Positions 57,201-64,000 of a DNA stretch of 64,000 bases are shown in pieces. The stretch covers positions 4,030,001 through 4,094,000 of the forward strand of contig NC_092672.1 of assembly GCF_964355755.1 (NCBI RefSeq). The letters are read 5' to 3'. The stretch's first letter is position 1. Each line of letters starts with the position of its first letter. The notes under the pieces were generated by a model, which was given only the letters and a program-made list of their open reading frames with translations, did no database searches and was not told where the DNA came from. Origin of the DNA: Antedon mediterranea. Lineage: Eukaryota > Animalia > Echinodermata. Made by a program: the position numbers and the translations under genes.

Positions 57201-60200
57201 CCCAAATATGGTTGTGATATGCCTAAATATGGTTGATATGCCTAAATATGGTTGTGATATGCATAAATATGGTAGAGATATAACATCATGTCCATATATG
57301 GGTACATCACATAAAGTTTAGACATAGCTAAAAAATCATCAATAAAAAAAAAAACAAGGAAATAATAAAAAGAAAATTTGGCGAATTGACAGGTTTATGC
57401 AACAAACAATTTGTGTTCCTATTTTGAGCACATAAGTGTGCTCTTCTCTCTAAACCATTAAAATATATAGTTTTATTATGTTGTCAGGCTATGTAAGTGA
57501 ACGTCTATGTCATCATGCATAAAACACTGTGTGCATTTAATATATAACAGTAACTGAATTTGGTAAATCATTTGGACGTGAAATAAACAAAGCTATAATT
57601 CAAACACAATCTTGGAGTAATGATACACTTCCTAAGATTGGAAATTAATTTGTATGAAATGAAAAACGACACCAATTGAAACACGGGAATTCGTTAATAA
57701 CACTCCAGGGATAAAAATTACATGAAGTATTTACTGTGATCAACCTAAAAAGCAAAATGCTTATAATGTTGATAGTGTAAATCTATTTTGTCTTAATGTC
57801 AAGTTTATGTTTGCGGGACATGTTTTGCGAGCATTTAAAAGTCAACCTTATTTTTGCCTTTAAAGTATATAAAAGGAAGGAATAACAGAGGAATAAGGAA
57901 TTATTATATTTACTCCATTCGTCCAATAATTTTGGATAGGAAACCCATACATTACAAACATTATTTTTTTACATAAACATATTAACATACATCAACTATC
58001 TGTAAACCGAACATCTCATAAAATCAAAATGTTTTTGTTTGTTTGATCATATAGAAAAAAGTAATACAACTTTTTTTTTTTTCAAATGTTTTACATACAG
58101 TATTCATAGCTCTAATGGCAACGCATATCTTGGTGGCGCTGTTTAAAATAGATCAATTTACAGCAAATACGACAGCGATATCTGAAATCCATCCATCAAC
58201 AGAAAGAAGCAACAAGCCATCTGATAATTAGTGTACAGGTAAGGTTTCAGTGATAGAAAATCTTAAAGCAAATTAATTGATTGAGTAGAATATGTTCTCC
58301 CTTTGACATTTAATTTACTCAAACTAAAACAAAAGCATTGCAACATATTTAAACATAAACATCACTTCATACTTGTCCACTTTGCTATGTTATCTATTAC
58401 CATCACTGATATAATAATTGTCCTACAAAAGGGTTCATTATCACATTGTACACCAAGTACACCAAATACTGTCAGTGTATATCTGTGGCCACCCAGGCCA
58501 AAGCGAAACTGCTCGCAAATGATCTATTCGCACTACTCGTATAGAAACGGCGAAAAAACCGAGGAGCTAGATCTTCTTAAAACAGACATATATGCCTATT
58601 GTGTACAAAAGATAATGAACTAAATATTAACTGGTTCCAAAATATACTTAAAAGCGTATTTAAGTTAGCACATTTGAGAACATTAATAAAATTGCCATAA
58701 CTGTGTTTAAAAAAAACATGTAAAAAAGCTCACACATATGTATCAACTCACCTAAATAAAGACTTGTTTTACTTTGCCATGCAGCGTGGACTCTTACTAT
58801 GAACGGATAGTGACCTATTGCAGACTAGAAAAAAAAAAAAAATTACAACAATAACAATTAATCATCACAAATAAAAAAATAAAAATCTAATATTTTTCCC
58901 TTTTGAGTCACAAAATAGTTCATGGCATTAATCCCACCATGGCAATCTAACAGCATAATGCTGAGCTCCGGAGATCAAAGGGTTTATCTGTGGCTGCGAC
59001 ACAATCATCATCAAAGGACTTTACGAATTCCTATCTAAGTGGCAAGGTAAGCTGAGTGTCCTGTTGATAGATTACTTGATCTCACCAGGGCATTGAACAT
59101 TTTAAGAAGATGGCCGCTTTAGGTACTTGCAATATCAGATCATCAAATATTTCGGGTTCCCATTTTTATTGATTTCTGAAACCTTTAATAGTAAACTTTG
59201 AACTACCCGAATACCAGTCTTTTTTACAGTGCTACATAGGCCTCCTATAGCACCTTTTTGACTAATTTTGATTTCTGAGACTCTTTCCCTATAGGAAAAT
59301 AGATAGCCTTAAGGAAAACATTGTACTATATTGTACCTGAATACTAGCCTCTTCCTTACACTGTCGTATAGCACCATTTCTTATCACCTGTACTTTAGAC
59401 AGCACCTAGAAGAAGAAGAAATCGGTAATTAATCATAAATTCTATCACTTTCTCTAATTGATTCAAATCTGAGCTGTGTCAGCCAAGTGATAAAATATCA
59501 ATAAATAATTGATGGCACACAAAAGGTGGAATTAATTAAAATTGATAAAGATGGTTTACTGTGTAAATTATAGGTCAAGGTAGTTAGAAATCAATAGTGT
59601 GTAACAAACATCTGAGCATGCTCACTAACCAATCTATGCAGGTGCATAAGTTAGTTTTCGGGAAATGAGAAATTTCAGTGTTAATTCACATTTTATAATG
59701 AATTTGTTTATTGAAAATTACAATTAATTACAATTACAAAAAAATGAATAATTGATCTAAAGTAATTTAAACATTTTAAAGACTCATTTTTTTAAAAAAG
59801 TACTGTTGAACTAATTGTTGACTTTTTCTCAGAAAACAAAACATGAATTAAATTTTTGACATTCCACTAGAATAGATAGTAATTTAATAGCACGAGTACG
59901 CACGATGGCGTGTGAGTCAGCTAACTAGTCATGCATGTAATATAGGATTAGGCAAATACCGACGTTCAACATTGATTTCTTTATAAATTATAAAGGCGGC
60001 ATATATTCACTAATTAAATGATATTGACATGCAAAAAGACAGTGATTGATAAAAGTTAAATTATGCAGACCTTACAGAATATGTAATACAGTATAGCAAA
60101 TTTAAAGTACCAAAAAACCATGTTTTATTTATTAACCCTCTTTTGGTATCCGACATCCAGTGGCGTAACAAAGAGACTCGAGGCCGCTGGTTTAAGCCCT

Positions 60201-62536
60201 CCGACGCTCAAGGCCTTGGATGTTTTTAGCCTTTTTCTAAATATTTTAATGCCCGTTTTTTTTCTCTGGGCACTGCTCAGGGGCCCCTGTAAGCTGCTTC
60301 CCCCCACCTGGGTTTAGCCGGCAAGCGCTCATAGCCGTCACGCCACTGCCGAAATCACCATAGATACAATGTATCACTATAGATAACTTTCACCAAGGAT
60401 AGATTAAACAGTTTAAATAATTTTTACATTCATCCTAGAAATATTTTAATACTGTTTTTTTTTTAAATTAAAAAAGACAAATTAAAATTTAAAAAGACAA
60501 ACTAAAATTTATAGTTGTGTTTATATTTGGTTCACGTATTTTGTAGTCTTATTTTCATGCTCTAACATTCAATAATGGATACAAAGCCAGAAATCGCATC
60601 AAAATGCAAAGAAGTATCAGTAATCCTGATGTTTTTCAAATCTCTAATTTCAATCCTTTTATCAACCATAGATGTCCACAGGGATTTGACAAGTAACTAC
60701 GTCTAGAACCAAAGTTAATGAGAAGATATTGATAAATACAACTAAACCACCATCACTGCTTCTGTTGATGGATTTATTATAAGGCACTTCTACAACATAT
60801 GAAATCATGCTATAATGCTCAGTTCAACAGCAATTAGTGCCCAAAATGCTTGAAAGCATATCAGTCGGAAAGATATACTGTACATTTTCCAATCCACCTG
60901 ATTATTACTAAAATTGAGGAATAAAGGTTTGTATAGGACTTACAGACAAACAGACAATGTTTTTATACATTAAATAGGGGAGGATTCCGATTGTGATGTA
61001 CAGTAATATAATATAATAACTTTATTGACAAACACTTTTGGATCAGTGGCAATACCCTCATTAGTGGCAACACCCTCATTAGTGGCAACACCCTCATTAG
61101 TGGCAACACCCTCATTAGTGGCAACACCCTCATTAGTGGCAACTCCTTCATTAGTAGTGCAGCCAACTTAAACTACAAAACTACAAATAAACATTATAAA
61201 CCGAACAAATTTAAATAAAAAGAAAAAGTAATTACTTTTGGGAAAAAGAGATTGATAATAGGGATGTAAGAAATGGTCTCTCATTGCGGTGAACAAATTA
61301 TTTATTAAAGTTGAATCTAGGCCTTATATATTATTTTAATCAATAATATAAAATTAAAAAAAAAAAAACAATCTATATATTGTCTGAATTTCAATTTCAT
61401 TTGCCAATATTATTGAAGTACAGATACTGTATTCCATTCATCTATTTATCACATATCCAGATTTTGAAATATACTTGCTATTTATATATCTAACGGTAAG
61501 AATATATTAGTTTGAGCTTTTCAATCATTAACTCATCCTCATGTGTCTCTTACACATTTCAATTTAATCCTCTTCGTCATGTTTCAATTCTTAATTATTA
61601 GAGTAGCGCCGTCTACATGTTATTTTATCATTCCTTACATACAAATGTATGCTTTAATTTTCCATATAGAAATATATTAGTTAGTCCGTATGCGATAGTA
61701 TACAAATAATAAATTTTTATGAGTGTAATGGTACAAATAATGGCATGAGGTGAATGATGAAAGGTTATATTTCAACGAGGCGAAATATAACCTTTTATCA
61801 TTCACCAAATGCCATTATTTGTACCATTAAAAAAAAGTTTTTTTCGTACACAAAAATGTTTAAAAAGTACTATTAAACGATCGTTTAATAATGCGTACTA
61901 TTGCATGCCATGTGACCCACAATCGTCCAATCAAATTAAAGGAATTTATTTAGGTGTGTGCTTTATCTATTTCAATAGTGCTCTAAAAGTTCCTGTTTAA
62001 AATAACAGAATCATCTAAACTATGGAATTCTCTACCAAACAATATAAAATCAGAACTCCATAATATGTCTTTGGCAACTTTTAAATCTTCACTATAGATA
62101 ACATATATCTTTAACCTTTTTACCTTCACAATTGTAAATAGTTTTATATCTGTTTTCTTTCTTTTTGTTTTTCTTTTATATTTTACTTTTTTTGTAAATA
62201 TGTTTACTGAACCACTTTGGAAATCAGTACATTTGTATTGAAAGTTTATTTCAGTTTAAAGAAAGAACAAATAAAAATAAATAAAATCTGAATAAGAAAC
62301 CCTTGGAATATAAATACATGTACAGTATTCCTAAACAAAGTGTTCCACAATTGAATATGGTGCGAACAATGTGAATTACACTAATAATGACCCAAAGGTA
62401 GGATCTACTGTTGTGTAAATATATAAATTTGCATATTAATTATACTAACCTTAATAGCGAATATACTAGATGGTTCATTTGACTTGAACACTTTGAGAAC
62501 CTCTCCATATGCACCTTTGTTTATGTGGCATTGAAT
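45233..62536 (-). CDS. RSKR: Ribosomal protein S6 kinase-related (RSKR/SGK494-like) AGC Ser/Thr kinase; source copy (unit A), 5' exons outside the window
   Basis: Eight GT-AG exons with compatible phases: 62450-62536 ([21 protein letters not shown]), 59337-59405 ([17 protein letters not shown]), 58752-58824 ([19 protein letters not shown]), 56180-56328 (VMDY..IIYRDLK), 55841-55958 (MENILLD..DFGLSK..CGTLMYM), 55265-55464 (APEVL..DWWSLG..DVILQ), 54679-54894 ([14 protein letters not shown]), 45233-45271 ([12 protein letters not shown]). The K-M-E-N catalytic loop and QCKEE..IQ match my recollection of SGK494/RSKR. Confidence 0.8.
45507..46003 (+). mobile_element. Solo LTR (497 bp)
   Basis: TGTAA..TTACA termini; flanks ATAG/ATAA (4-bp TSD with one mismatch); AATAAA at about 45885; absent from paralogous units. 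Confidence 0.75.
47461..48297 (+). CDS. Collagen-C1q protein copy 5, 37 Gly-X-Y; exon-1 ATG lost
   Basis: Exon 1 reads ATC at 46613-46615 with the donor intact. Exon 2 starts at 47454, and an in-frame ATG ATG at 47461 precedes the hydrophobic signal core. Confidence 0.85.
   Translation: MMLTIVIQISIIYVIKSAAQTNSEACNSCCTAGVPGIPGHHGNPGASGPQGMNGEQGIKGEQGMNGVKGEQGMNGEQGMKGEQGMNGEQGMTGDPGMKGEQGITGDDGRNGLDGSPGKLGPTGPQGLIGLPGTNGVKGEKGEQASQQKSAFSVFFTSNPGRHAVSPMKYNTVIIDVGNHYNKETGKFVCEIPGVYVFQVTSMKSNGSGKILTRIMKNGNNQMSAWMSASGHNSVSTMVVLDLVSGDEVWTQPHSSSHNYYYSDSDRYCSFSGFLLYAA
48820..50577. mobile_element. Non-autonomous TIR element (CAGGCCCGTAT..ATACGGGCCTG), possibly composite
   Basis: TIRs match at 14 of 15 bp. 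Flanking duplication ATATG. Empty site at about 38515-38540. A second left-end-like sequence, CAGGGGTGGCGCCAGG, lies at about 49052. Confidence 0.75.
50787..51520. repeat. Local ~370-bp tandem duplication of the AT-rich spacer upstream of C1q copy 6
   Basis: GGAAACAATAAATTCTGATA..GTTTTACATAC occurs twice, starting at about 50787 and 51166. Confidence 0.7.
52190..53781 (+). CDS. Collagen-C1q protein copy 6, 27 Gly-X-Y
   Basis: Exons 52190-52200 and 53028-53781; intact ORF. Confidence 0.92.
60158..60348. mobile_element. hAT-like MITE (191 bp) in a kinase intron
   Basis: TIR CAGTGGCGT..ACGCCACTG; 8-bp TSD CCGACATC/CCGAAATC. Confidence 0.8.
61043..61155. repeat. 18-bp minisatellite (CTCATTAGTGGCAACACC), about 6 copies
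   Basis: Direct tandem copies are visible. Confidence 0.9.
62010..62285 (+). mobile_element. Degraded LINE 3' end
   Basis: Translates [25 protein letters not shown], followed by a 3' UTR and an AATAAA/A-rich tail. Confidence 0.55.
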
Positions 62537-64000
62537 CTACAGAAACGAGATAAATTATAATTACAACATTTGAAAAGAATACAAGATTTCTAAACATTTA
62601 TTGTCTGAAACATGATAGCTTTAAATGCACTTTTGTGTTAATGTTACGACATTACACTCTCACATGTCGTAAAGACAACATGAAATTTACGTCGTTTATT
62701 TCTACTGGAACTGTAGGTACCATATAAACGATAATAACTTGCACCCAAGAAAGCAATTATGAAAGATATATAAGAAAGCAAGTGTAAGTTATACTGCTAC
62801 ATTGTATTATCAATGCTTTTAGCAGTATTTAACAAATTCTTGTCCTTTTAAGCTCTGTCTACACTATCAAACTTTGTGTTATGTAATATGCCCATACAGT
62901 AGATATGATGATGATGTAATATCACTACTATATTTGGGCATATCACTACCATATTTGTGCACATCAAACTAGATCGCTTTAGCAGTATTTAAAAAATTCT
63001 TGTCCTTTTAAAGATTTCTTTTAAAGATTACTACAGTATATTTGGGCATATCACTACCATATTTGGGCATATCACTACCATATTTGGGCATATCAGACAG
63101 GGCCTTACTTGTTGTTCTACAACCTCCTTAAGTACAATAAAAGCTGAACTACCATAAATGACACATTTCACCAAAAAAAATAAAACATACACATAATTAA
63201 TAGAGAATTAATATATCTTACAATATAATAAAAAATAATATAAATATAAATAAATAAAACATTATAAATATTAAAAATAAATTAATATTGTAGAATTACA
63301 AACTAACATTTTTAAATATATTATTGTTAATAATAATAATAAATAAATAATAATATGTTTGATCATATAAATATGATATTATAATTTAAAATATATTTAC
63401 AATCAAGTAAAAAATATGTAAAAATGTTTTATCAAATGCAGGGTGTCATTTTGTAAAAAAATCCCTGTTTATAGTTAAATTGTAAAATATACCATTAAAT
63501 ATCTATAAGCGACACTATACATTACAAATCCCTAATGTACACTGTCGTACATAATGACATCCGCAATTATTGTTCGTTAAATTTTTGAATGCAATTAGCA
63601 ATGAAAATTATTATATTTCCTAAAATAACCTGATTATTTTTCCTCTTGCGGTTCTACAATCACATGAAAACTCACTGATAATTAATCAACATCTTATTAC
63701 TTCCTTAGCTGAGGTAATTAACATAATTATGATCCAAACTATAAACACAGAAATAAAAAAAGTGATATTATTTTAATTTAAAGATGTATTGTCCCCCTGA
63801 AAAAATAATTTGTAAACATTTTTTTGTTAAATATACCATTTTAATGTCACATAATAGTTATCCACTTTGACCAAAAATTAGATCGAAAAAAAAATGTATT
63901 TACCTGAAAAAACTGTAATTTAAAGCAAAAAATAGTCAAATTGGCTGCCAGCAAATGGATTTTTGGTTAAATTTAACCATTTATTTTGTCATTTTATAAG

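Noticed and set aside
60963-61166. MRVLPL repeat ORF
   Set aside because: 18-bp intronic minisatellite.

Overview
AT-rich animal genomic DNA, probably a marine invertebrate; the species cannot be determined from the sequence. A multi-exon AGC kinase gene of the RSKR/SGK494 type runs on the minus strand; its 5' exons lie beyond the right edge of the window. Its last intron hosts secreted collagen-C1q (C1qDC/CTRP-like) genes on the opposite strand. The 3' half of the kinase (five exons, the C1q-bearing last intron and the 3' flank) has been tandemly duplicated at least three times, with junctions near 41703, 27813 and 2910. The result is six C1q paralogues with intact reading frames, variable collagen stalk length and variable head loops. 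Each promoterless kinase duplicate has its own independent disabling lesion. The paralogous units supply empty sites that define many insertions to the base. These are: a young, intact Ty3/Gypsy element with CG..CG termini and an LADD RT motif; a 3.4-kb TIR element with no target-site duplication; a foldback TAC..GTA element with a 6-bp TSD; nested Helentron-type elements; a TRIM-like deleted LTR element; a solo LTR; MITEs; and LINE/SINE fragments. All alignments were done by eye and no database search was run.
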